Below are positions 1-8,123 of a stretch of 9,751 bases of DNA, one piece after another. Numbering within the stretch: position 1 is the stretch's first letter; each line of letters opens with the position of its first letter. The DNA is from Octopus sinensis. Taxonomy: Eukaryota. Position numbers and translations under genes: made by a program. Location: contig NW_021827853.1 in NCBI RefSeq assembly GCF_006345805.1, forward strand, positions 1 through 9,751. Reading direction: 5' to 3'. The notes beneath the pieces are model-generated. The model did no database searches. It had not been told where the DNA came from and saw nothing but the letters and a program-made list of their open reading frames with translations.

Positions 1-194
1 TGGGGGAACAAACACAGACACATAAACATATACACACACACACACATATATATACATATATACGACGGGCTTCTTTCAGTTTCCGTCTACCAAATCCACT
101 CACAAGGCTTTGGTCGGCCCGAGGCTATAGCAGAAGACACTTGCCTAAGTTTCCACGTTGTGGGACTGAACCCGGAACCATGTGGTTGGTAAGC
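1..194 (-). mobile_element. tRNA-derived CORE-like SINE (family A), head truncated at the (TTA)n tract, continues off the left edge
   Basis: Minus strand: B-box-like GGTTCAGTCCC (162-172), then ACTTAGGCAAGTGTCTT resembling the CORE-SINE motif, internal (TA)/(CA) tract at ~21-62; 153-194 is nearly identical to 1793-1834. Confidence 0.8.

Positions 195-195
<1 letters not shown>

Positions 196-272
<77 letters not shown>
196..272. repeat. (TTA)n/(TAA)n microsatellite
   Basis: Nearly perfect trinucleotide array read directly. Confidence 0.97.
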
Positions 273-274
<2 letters not shown>

Positions 275-565
275 CCTTAAATTATCTACCTGTGTATTCG
301 CTTATCCGATTGTATGGTTGCTTTCTCATTTTTTTATGACTCTTTCTTGCGTGTGCATATACAATCTTATTTTTTTTGTTTGTTATTCCACAGTATTGGC
401 ATAACTTCCAATCTATATAGGTTCCAACTATGTCGTGTCTGCAAACATATTCCTTGTTAACCAGGACAGTGCATCCAGAGACAATATGATTTATTGTTGC
501 TTGTCCATCTCCACATGTTCTGCAGTTACTTGTATTTATTTTCATTGCATGCTTTTGTATTATTT
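273..565 (-). pseudogene. R4/Dong-like RLE non-LTR retrotransposon fragment (CCHC zinc knuckle + RHD motif)
   Basis: Within ORF 282..674: CRTCGDGQATINHIVSGC (C-x2-C-x8-H-x4-C) followed by EYVCRHD..G.YI.WKLC, typical of the region preceding the RLE; 273-320 aligns by eye with ~7951-8000; bounded by ATT repeats on both sides (196-272, ~568-582). Confidence 0.85.
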
Positions 566-804
566 TCATTATTATTATCATTTCGATTAAATCTCTGCTT
601 ATCTTGCTGGGTATGATGGAAAATTTCAGCTGCCCACAGCCAGCAGATTTAGGTGACATTTGTTTACTGATCATGCTTCAAGAACACTGCAGAGAATTCT
701 TACAGTTTCAAGCATTGGTGATTTTTGTAAGTGTTTTATCTTTATATTTGTAGCAATCTTAATGAGTCTCTAGTCCTATTCCTAGTAGAATTTATGTAAG
801 TAAT

Positions 805-866
805 AGATTCGATTTGTTCGATAAAACCGTTCAAATTGATGCTCCATTATGGCCGAAGAGTGAAAT
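805..866 (+). mobile_element. Highly decayed SINE 3' tail (family A-like)
   Basis: TCGATTTGTTCGAT...TGCTCCATTATGGCCG resembles the minus-strand tail of the SINE at 1720-1793 (TCGAGTTGCTCGAT...TGCTCCAGCATGGCCG). Confidence 0.4.
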
Positions 867-1096
867 CTCTTTCTCATTTCATGATAGCAACGTGTAATAT
901 GAGTTATCGTCACAATATGGATTTGGTTACTGTGTTAAAGTTACGATTTCTGTGCGGTTTAACTGCTTGCTTACATGTCCGCATTATGACTGGATACTGA
1001 GGAAAGACAGTACAATTGTTTTCTTTATGCATATATGATTTGTGGTCGTCAAGTTTTGTTGGGAAGAATAAACTTCTGTTTTATGTGTTATATTGT

Positions 1097-1342
1097 GGAG
1101 GCGCGTGGCTTAATGGTTAGAGTGTTGAACTCATGATCGTAAGGTTGTAGTTTCGATTCCTCGACTGGGCGATGCGTTGTGTTCTTGAGCAAAACACTTC
1201 ATTTCACGTGGCTGCAGTCCACTCAGCTGGCGAAAATGAGTAATCCTGCGACGGACAGGCGTCCCATCCAGCTGGGGAATTTCCCCGCCACTGAAACCGG
1301 GAAACCGGCCCTTATGAGCCTGGCATGGTTCGAGAAGGAACA
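1097..1342 (+). mobile_element. Full-length tRNA-derived SINE (family B) with 13-bp target-site duplication
   Basis: A box TGGCTTAATGG (1106-1116), B box GTTTCGATTCC (1150-1160), CORE-like TGTGTTCTTGAGCAAAACACTT, central CCTGCGACGGACAGGCGTCCCATCCAG recalled from widespread metazoan SINE domains; flanking direct repeat TTTATGTGTTATA at 1080-1092 and 1343-1355. Confidence 0.88.
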
Positions 1343-1719
1343 TTTATGTGTTATAATAGTGAGGTGACTGCTCAAAGGAATATTCTTTTGTTTTCTGATT
1401 AATTTTACATGTAGTAGCAGGGACTCATGTTTTCTACTGCGGCTTCATACTGTTAGACGCATTACTCACTGGTTTTTCAGCACCTATATACAAATGTGTA
1501 AGTGTTTTGCGTTTATATATTCTATATAGGCCTTCTTGAGTAACAATAGTGTGTTTATCGTTAGAGATTATTCAGACGATGGAAGTGAAGTGGTAGCGTT
1601 ACAAAATATAAGCATACATATTCACATGCATCGAAATACAAATTGTGATAATATAAGAAATTTTGATTGATTGCTTCAAAACTACTAGAGACTATTACAC
1701 ATGAATATATATATATACA

Positions 1720-1865
1720 CTTTACTCTTTTACTTGTTTCAGTCATTTGACTGCGGCCATGCTGGAGCACCACCTTTAATCGAGCAACTCGACCACGCAG
1801 TGGGACTGAACCCGGAGCCATATGGTTAGTAAGCAAGCTACTTACAACACATCCACTCCTACGCC
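1720..1865 (-). mobile_element. Family A SINE, internally deleted (tRNA head joined directly to 3' tail)
   Basis: Minus strand starts GGCGTAGGAGTGGATGTGTTG (degenerate A box), B box at 1802-1812; identity to copy 1-194 stops at ~1793 and is followed by tail TGCTCCAGCATGGCCGCAGTCAAATGACTGAAACAAGTAAAAGAGTAAAG. Confidence 0.8.
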
Positions 1866-1869
1866 CTGG

Positions 1870-1908
1870 ATATATATATATATATATATACATATAGAAT
1901 TTCATTTA

Positions 1909-1956
<48 letters not shown>

Positions 1957-1968
1957 GACATATATATA
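1870..1968. repeat. Compound (TA)n-(CT)n-(CA)n microsatellite
   Basis: Read directly. Confidence 0.9.
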
Positions 1969-2413
1969 AGAGAAAAATATATATAGGGTAGTAAAATTAG
2001 AGAAATTCTATACCAGTGGTCTGTAGATGAAATTTAACAATTTTTGTATTATTTTCGTGGTATTTTAGTACGCCCTTTTAATGTTTTATCATCTCAAATT
2101 TTTATTACAGAAATGTATGATAAAATTTAAATATGAAAATCACTGTGTTTTATGTATCACATCGATATTCATCTATTTATATGTATTCTTATATTTATAT
2201 ATTTGGAATTTTTATATCCGTATTATAAATGTAGAAGAATATATGTATATATTTGATTTTGAGTGTAGTTATTAATTATGTTCCTCTACTTTCCGCTTGC
2301 GTGCTTCCATTGAGATTATTAAGCAGAATATAGGTCACTTGGAGCACTACAACTCCAGTTTCTATTTTATTTGCGAGTACTGTTAACACTAGCAATCTCA
2401 AAATAAAGCAGTG

Positions 2414-2416
<3 letters not shown>

Positions 2417-2446
<30 letters not shown>
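2417..2446. repeat. (TA)n microsatellite
   Basis: Read directly. Confidence 0.95.
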
Positions 2447-2449
<3 letters not shown>

Positions 2450-2646
2450 AATCCAAACATGAACAAGCAAGAAAAAAACCACAACGTGAGGACGTGGAAT
2501 AAGTACAGTGTTATTGGACGCCCAGGAAAGGAAAGAAAACAAAAAGAGGATTTCACGTTCCGAGCGGAGCTCTTCATCAGAAATATAGAAAAGTTCCAGA
2601 GAAGTGAAGACGGAAAAAGAAAATCGTCAACGATACACGCGCGGTC
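2447..2646 (-). mobile_element. Short Penelope-like pLTR/retrozyme-like element in (TA)n, with degenerate hammerhead motif
   Basis: 200-bp non-repetitive island with TA arrays on both sides; hammerhead-like motif at 2550-2584; shares GAAGAGC-loop-GCTCG and TTCCTG(G/A)GCGT with 4619-4812. Confidence 0.6.
2550..2584 (-). ncRNA. Degenerate minimal type I hammerhead ribozyme motif
   Basis: Minus strand ATTT-CTGATGA-A-GAGC-TCC-GCTC-GGAA-CG-T-G-AAAT: stem I ATTT/AAAT, stem II GAGC/GCTC, palindromic ACGT stem III; GAAA->GGAA and G at position 17 depart from the core. Confidence 0.6.
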
Positions 2647-2743
2647 ATATATTGATATATATATAATATTATTATATATATATGTTTGTGTGTTGTATGT
2701 ATGTATATATATATAATATTTATATATATATATATTATATATA

Positions 2744-2793
<50 letters not shown>

Positions 2794-2810
2794 ATATGTA
2801 TGTATGTATT
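2647..2810. repeat. (TA)n/(TATG)n compound microsatellite
   Basis: Read directly. Confidence 0.95.
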
Positions 2811-3344
2811 AAACACATGCATATGTCGATTTGTGATGGTGGGGCCGGTACATGTGTCCTTGCATATATTCAGATAGATAAATAAATTGATAGGTGGTTA
2901 GATAAACAGTCAGACAAGCAGATACGATGTGTGAATTTGTGAATCGTGTACTTGTGTGTATATCTGAGCCACAATTAAGTTTTCTCTAGCCAGGAGAATC
3001 TTCATGTAGAATATTACAAAAGAATCTTGACGAACCAACTACTCTATTTCAGTGACCATTCTTGACAGTTGCAATTTCAGTATAGCAGTGTAGAAGTCTC
3101 ATATTTCCTGCTACTTGCAGAGATATCACGATATCCGTAGACGCCTATTCGTTTAAATTTCTAAGTTATTGTTCGATAGTAATAATAACATTTTATCAGG
3201 CATCACTGGTATTCGATGGCATTAAGATACTTCATATTATGCCGGAAATACGAGGAATATATTTCCATAGGTTGTGGATGTCAATATGATATATATAAAT
3301 ATATGACGTTAATATATTGTACATATTCTCAGATATTACATAAA

Positions 3345-3364
3345 TATATATGTATGTATGTGTG

Positions 3365-3398
<34 letters not shown>

Positions 3399-3887
3399 TG
3401 TATATGATGCATGCATGTATATATGTATGTATGTATGTACGTATGTATGTATGTATGTATCTATCTATCAACCTATATAGATGTAATATCGGAATACATA
3501 CACATATAGATATATGTATATACGTGTATGTATATGTGTTTTCCGGACTTGTTTATTGACACAATTTCTTTGTATGTATATATATATATATCTATATATA
3601 TATATAGATATATATATATATATATATGTCTATATATATAATATATATATACATATATACATATGCATATAGATATATACATACGTATTATGCACGTATA
3701 TGCATATATATGTATATATACACACATATATGTATGTATATCTATATATGCATGCACACACAGAGACACACGCACACACACACGCACGCGTACACACTCA
3801 CATGCACGCACACAACACACTCACACATACACACATACGCGCGCGCGCACACAACACACACACACACACATACACACACACGCGCGC
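3345..3887. repeat. Complex microsatellite: (TATG)n, (TA)n, (CA)n, short (CG)n
   Basis: Long alternating purine-pyrimidine tract, interrupted at ~3537-3570. Confidence 0.93.
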
Positions 3888-3888
3888 A

Positions 3889-4325
3889 AAGAAGCTTGAG
3901 TCGGTGAAACAGATGAGCTACTGGGAGACGCTACAGGAACTGAAGCTCTACTCCCTGGAAAGAAAGCGAAAAATGTATGTAGTGTTATACATATGGAATA
4001 TCCTGGAAGGTCAAGCTCCCAACTTTGGAATTAAAAACGATACCAGCCACCGAACTGTAGGGCACTGCATAACACCAACGATACTGCCTTCTTCATCACA
4101 GATATGGATCTATTATTGCAGCAGCTTGGCATTCAGTGGATGAAAGCTATTTAAAATCCTGCCAAGAAATTTACGTGGTCTGCAAGGTGTAGATGTGGAA
4201 ACGTTTAAAAAGCACATCACAGCAGCAGGCAGTTTCGTCCAACCCGTTTCTTCACCATGAGCAGTACCGAAAGGAGAACCTGAAACATTGAAAGGCGTTG
4301 CTCCAGCATGACTCCAGCCTCTTGT
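3889..4325 (+). pseudogene. 5'-truncated CR1/L2-group LINE 3' end (ORF2 C-terminus plus 3' tail)
   Basis: MSYWETLQELKLYSLERKRKMYVVLYIWNILEGQAPNFGI matches the SY.ERL..L.L.SLE.RR motif of CR1-group ORF2 C-termini; same frame continues past TGA (4141) as KLFKILPRNLRGLQGVDVETFKK (cf. LFN.LP...FK); tail at 4291-4319. Confidence 0.82.
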
Positions 4326-4385
4326 TTAAAAAAAAGTAAAATAATAAAAGAAAAAACTAAAAGTATATATATATATATATATATA

Positions 4386-4486
4386 CTTGATATATCGGTT
4401 CCATTCTAACAAAAACTGTCTGATGAACGGCAACGAGAAACTCAGAGTAACAGATTTTGTTGAATTTTCTGCTGCTTTAAATAAAG
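4386..4486 (+). mobile_element. Short Penelope-like pLTR/retrozyme-like fragment in (TA)n carrying a hammerhead ribozyme
   Basis: ~100-bp island between TA arrays; hammerhead at 4408-4461; AATAAA at 4480-4485. Confidence 0.62.
4408..4461 (+). ncRNA. Minimal type I hammerhead ribozyme motif, predicted cleavage 3' of GUA (after 4449)
   Basis: Stem I AACAAAAaCTGT (4408-4419)/ACAGaTTTTGTT (4450-4461), 11 of 12 pairs; CTGATGA 4420-4426; stem II a-CG-GCAA-CG-a; GAAA 4437-4440; quasi-palindromic stem III ACTC-A-GAGT; H17=A. Confidence 0.82.
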
Positions 4487-4561
4487 TATATATATATATA
4501 TATATATAAATACATACATACATATATATACATATATACATCTCTCTATCAATCTATCTAT

Positions 4562-4592
<31 letters not shown>

Positions 4593-4618
4593 CTATATAT
4601 ATATATATATATATATAT
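4487..4618. repeat. (TA)n/(TACA)n/(TCTA)n microsatellite
   Basis: Read directly; further TA tracts at ~4364-4385 and ~4813-4847. Confidence 0.95.
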
Positions 4619-4809
4619 GGGGGGAAGTTCACGAAAAAATAAAAGACGAAGACGGAGGAGTACAAAACAACCAGATGTATTAGTATAACGCTCAGGAATA
4701 GAGAAAGTCTTTTACATTTCGAGCCTACGCTCTTCTACAGAAAAGGACACAGAAAAAAACAAGGAGAGAAACAAGGAGAGAAAAAAATTTGTGTAGTGGC
4801 TACCGATCT

Positions 4810-4812
<3 letters not shown>
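4619..4812 (-). mobile_element. Short Penelope-like pLTR/retrozyme-like element in (TA)n, with variant hammerhead motif
   Basis: 194-bp island between TA arrays; motif at 4707-4748; internal tandem AAACAAGGAGAG x2 (~4757-4780); related by eye to 2447-2646. Confidence 0.6.
4707..4748 (-). ncRNA. Variant hammerhead-like motif (CUGUAGA core)
   Basis: Minus strand GTCCTTTT-CTGTAGA-A-GAGC-GTAG-GCTC-GAAA-TG-T-A-AAAGAC; stem II 4 bp, GAAA intact, GUA triplet, bulged stem I. Confidence 0.55.
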
Positions 4813-4849
<37 letters not shown>

Positions 4850-4879
4850 AGTAAATTCTCATACATTTTGCTCCATAGA

Positions 4880-6150
4880 AAGTACTGTACCCTCCAAATT
4901 TCATTTAAATGCTTTTGCAAAAACAATGGAGTTAAGCTTCGTCCTTACCATGGAGCTTGATACTATCCATAAATACTTGATGACTGATCTGTACCCCTTT
5001 TGCTTTAAATTCCATCCAGTTATCTATTTTCTCAAGAGCTACGTTAAATGAATCATGCATAAAACAAACAATAAATTAGCAACACTGTCTCCTAGAAAAA
5101 TCTTCATTCTTAGGTTCTTGCCTTATGATGTGAATTCTGTCTTCCTCATGCTTGTTCTCTAAATCTTCTGACGCTCTTAGAAATCGCAACATTTTGAAAC
5201 AGTCGATGATCCATGATTGTTATATAATGTCATAAGCCTGACGGTAATCTATCAAAGCCGTTGCTAAATTTGTCTTCATTTGTTTATAACCTTTCATCAC
5301 CATTTTATCTATGAACTGCTGGTCTTTATTCCCCCTGCAATACCGTTTACAATCCTGCTCAACAGAGGGATCATTCAGTTATTATCAAGAAATGTATATA
5401 TTTCATCATGTATTATTCCAAGGAGCAGCTACCAGATTAGTTAGAGACACGATATGGCTCTGCAGTCATCCACAGCATCTCTCTTGTGCTGCATTCTGTA
5501 AACACCGTGTCCTTCGTCCATTTATCCCTATGAGAGTATTTTCTGTTGACCTCTGCATTAAGCTATTCTCCTATTATTTTATAACACCCCGTAAGCTTCT
5601 TCATCCAATACCTCTGAACACAATCAGGTCCAGCTGCTTTCCAGTAACTGATCTTCATACTTGTCGCACATTTCTTTTCCCAATTCTAATTTCTTCCTGC
5701 TGTGTGCAAGAAATAATCTTCTACAAATTTTCTAGCCACTCACCTTATTATTCTGTTCTTCCTTACTCCATATTTCATTAAAAAAAACACAACTTTTCTC
5801 TGCATCTGATATAACCCTTTCTTATATGTTTTCCCGACATGTTTATTGACAGAATTTCTTCCGATCCAGTTGGAATAATCTATATTACCAATACTGCTTA
5901 TCTCTTTCATCATATCTTGTCATTTACTTTCTCTGTGCCAAAACACGCTATTTTAGTTCTTCTGTAACAACATTCAACCCTTTTCTGTCAATACCATACT
6001 TTTCTTCAGTCTGTCATATTTATAATCATTACTAAGTTCACGCTTTCTCTTTCTTTCCAATACCGATACATCAGCAACTAGCTTGACTCTATTAATATTC
6101 TTCTGTCATCGACGTTTACTCCCAAGTTTTCCGTAACTACTAGCGAACTT
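4880..6150 (-). pseudogene. Heavily decayed R4/Dong-like reverse transcriptase region
   Basis: Manual minus-strand translation, in order, with stops/frameshifts: KGLNVVTEELK*RVLA (~5985-5938), YWKAAGPDCVQRYWMKKL (~5647-5593), DDCRAISCL*LIW*LLLGII, CKRYCRGNKDQQFIDKMVMKGYKQMKTNLATALIDYRQAYDII (5351-5223), IFLGDSVANLLFVLCMIHL, ISHQVFMDSIKLHGK (catalytic FMDD decayed to FMDS, 4973-4962). Outer boundaries approximate. Confidence 0.9.
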
Positions 6151-6414
6151 GGTCTCTGTTATATTACTTGCTCATAATGCGTACCAGAATTTAATCAGCT
6201 CTCATTTTCTCTTGGTTCAGTTTTCTCTGAACCGTCATTTCAAATCACATACGTACATTATAAGCTTACAATTTACTTACTCCAATACCTTAATCATTAT
6301 TTTATTTTCATCCTAAGTCAACGCTCCACTGTATCTCTATTTATTTTATAAGCATATACATCAGTGTCACTAGAAATTCAATCGGCTCACAGTTCGAGTT
6401 AATTACTTTAAAAA

Positions 6415-6654
6415 AAGCGGTTCTCAACCGGGATCTTTCGGGGTTCACATAAAATTTTGTTAATATTTATGTGCAATAAATTGGTTACACTTCTACCATA
6501 CACGAAATAAACTGTTTTATACAATTCCTAATAATATTTAATAATAAAAATACAGTAATATCTTTATTAATATACATCGAATGGCTCTGGGGGTACATCG
6601 GAGTAAAACAGGAATCAAAGGGGTCCATAGGCAAAAATCAATTGTGAACTCCTG
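6415..6654. mobile_element. Decayed hAT (Charlie-like) non-autonomous element/MITE
   Basis: Ends AAGCGGTTCTCAACC and AATTGTGAACTCCTG both resemble the hAT terminus CAGTGGTTCTCAA (9/15 to each other); repeated GGGGT(C/T/A)CA subterminal motifs; AT-rich interior; no clean 8-bp TSD. Confidence 0.5.
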
Positions 6655-6699
6655 ATGTAAACATTTTTATCAATTTTCACCATTTCTCGATGAATTGGT

Positions 6700-6845
6700 T
6701 GACAATATTTCGTTCGTCATTATGAAGTTGGTTTTACATTTCATCCTTTCGCGATCGATGAAATAAATGGCAGTCGGGCACTGGGGTCGATGTAATCGAC
6801 TCCCAACTCCCTCCAAATTTAAGGTCTTGTGCCTATAGTAGAAAG

Positions 6846-6846
<1 letters not shown>
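6700..6846 (+). mobile_element. Decayed family C SINE (3' part) ending in (ATT)n
   Basis: TTTCATCCTTTCG..TCGAT..AATAA and GCACTGGGGTCGATGTAATC match 9022-9080; terminal CCTATAGTAGAAAG matches ~9278-9292. Confidence 0.75.

Positions 6847-6907
<61 letters not shown>
6847..6907. repeat. (ATT)n microsatellite, probable SINE tail
   Basis: Perfect array immediately after the SINE 3' end. Confidence 0.96.
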
Positions 6908-6911
<4 letters not shown>

Positions 6912-7469
6912 TGAGTGAGAGAGCAGTGCATGCCATCAAAGTGACACTGGGGTAAAATATACGAAGCCCAGTATACCCATCATGACTACACGTCTGATAA
7001 GGGAACACTAGACACATGCATCACAACCATATGTGCGCGACATGGTGATCTCATATCAAGATAAACAGCACATGACCTTGCAGGTGGGGCCCAGTTAGAA
7101 TTTTGTTCTGGTCAAGTAGCCAATCATGCACAAAAGGTCCCTGAATAAGGGTTGTTTTAAGGATGTTGAACGAAACACCCCTGTTTCCAAAGGTGTATTA
7201 TACAAACCCCAAAGAATTCCTCTCAACACATGGCTATGATGCTCCCTCACTACTACTGCTCGTGATCAGAGATGCACATATCGTCAGCCATTAAGGGACA
7301 TGCTCAACTGGTTAAGGTCAAACAACTGACAAGCAAATCTGTGGTATTGAGCAGAATATTTGCTGTAGCCCATCTTTTATACCAAGACAAAACAATGTAC
7401 ATGATAACACTTGCAATCAGTTAAGATCAGAAGCCATGAGAGCCACTAAGTGGTACTGCATCAGAGCAC
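6908..7469. mobile_element. Unclassified ~560-bp non-coding element inserted in (TAA)n
   Basis: Higher-GC, high-complexity island with sharp (ATT)n boundaries both sides; no ORF with recognisable motifs, no TIR, no clear A/B boxes. Confidence 0.55.
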
Positions 7470-7504
<35 letters not shown>

Positions 7505-7534
7505 TTTTATTATTATTATTATTATTATATTATT
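7470..7534. repeat. (TTA)n microsatellite
   Basis: Read directly. Confidence 0.96.
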
Positions 7535-8050
7535 CAGTAGTTTTATTTTTATAGCGTGGCTTTCACTTCACTACCGAGCGCAGCTCTGTGTGCCTTGGGT
7601 ATGTGCTGTGATTTGTTGTGATGCTCTGATGGTTATTGTATGGAAAGTGTTCTGCGTAGGATGTGTGCAGTGCCTAGTAGTGCAATTTTCTGTATGTTAT
7701 ATGTGTTGTAAGTCCTGGTGTTTTTGTTATGTATTTGTCTGAATATTTTTTTATCATGCCTAATGCACCTACTATGATAGGAATTGTTTCTGTTTTCAGG
7801 TTCCACATTCTAGTTACCTCTATTTCCAGGTCTTTGTATTTTGAGAGTTCTCCATTTCTTTTAGAGACACGTTGTCATCTGCCGGTATTGATACATCAAT
7901 TAAAAAGCATTTTTTTTCTTCATGATCTCTGACAACTATATCTGGTCTGTTGGCCTTAATTTCTCTATCTGTGTGTATCGGCATATCCCAGAGTATGGTT
8001 GTATCGGCATATCCCAGAGTATGGTTGTATCGGCAAATCCCAGAGTATGG

Positions 8051-8052
<2 letters not shown>
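7535..8052 (-). mobile_element. 5'-truncated R4/Dong-like retrotransposon 3' end: PD-(D/E)xK-type RLE domain plus ~100-nt 3' UTR
   Basis: Minus strand, bridging two 1-nt deletions (~7848, ~7706): TILWDMPIHTDREIKANRPDIVVRDHEEKKCFLIDVSIPADDNVSLKEME(K)LSKYKDLEIEVTRMWNLKTETIPIIVGALGMIKKYSDKYITKTPGLT(N)TYNIQKIALLGTAHILRRTLSIQ*; PD at 7945-7940, stop at 7635-7633; UTR runs into (TAA)n. Confidence 0.93.
7975..8052. repeat. Three tandem 26-bp copies GTATCGGCATATCCCAGAGTATGGTT
   Basis: 7975-8000, 8001-8026, 8027-8052 (one T>A in the third). Confidence 0.97.

Positions 8053-8123
<71 letters not shown>

Noticed and set aside
87-404. ORFs with poly-N/I/Y
   Set aside because: Translations of the (TTA)n tract and SINE sequence.
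1097-1170. tRNA gene
   Set aside because: A/B boxes present but continues into a SINE body with TSD; no convincing acceptor stem.
2880-3300. Unique-looking stretch as possible host exon
   Set aside because: No recognisable coding motif or supportable splice pair from sequence alone.
2276-3907. Many YI/CMYV/HT-rich ORFs
   Set aside because: Di- and tetranucleotide microsatellite frames; only 3889-4143 of ORF 3700..4143 has real protein similarity.
5311-5781. 156-aa plus-strand ORF
   Set aside because: Antisense to the decayed RT; no recognisable motif.
7141-7197. Hammerhead-like GAAA-CACC...GGTG-TA on the plus strand
   Set aside because: Upstream core reads CTGAATAA rather than CUGANGA and stems I/II are unconvincing.
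7459-7631. 10-bp inverted repeat CATCAGAGCA/TGCTCTGATG
   Set aside because: Short, spans two separate elements, does not extend; plausibly chance.
7975-8052. CRISPR-like 26-bp repeats
   Set aside because: No spacers, no cas genes, eukaryotic context, sequence is retroelement coding DNA.
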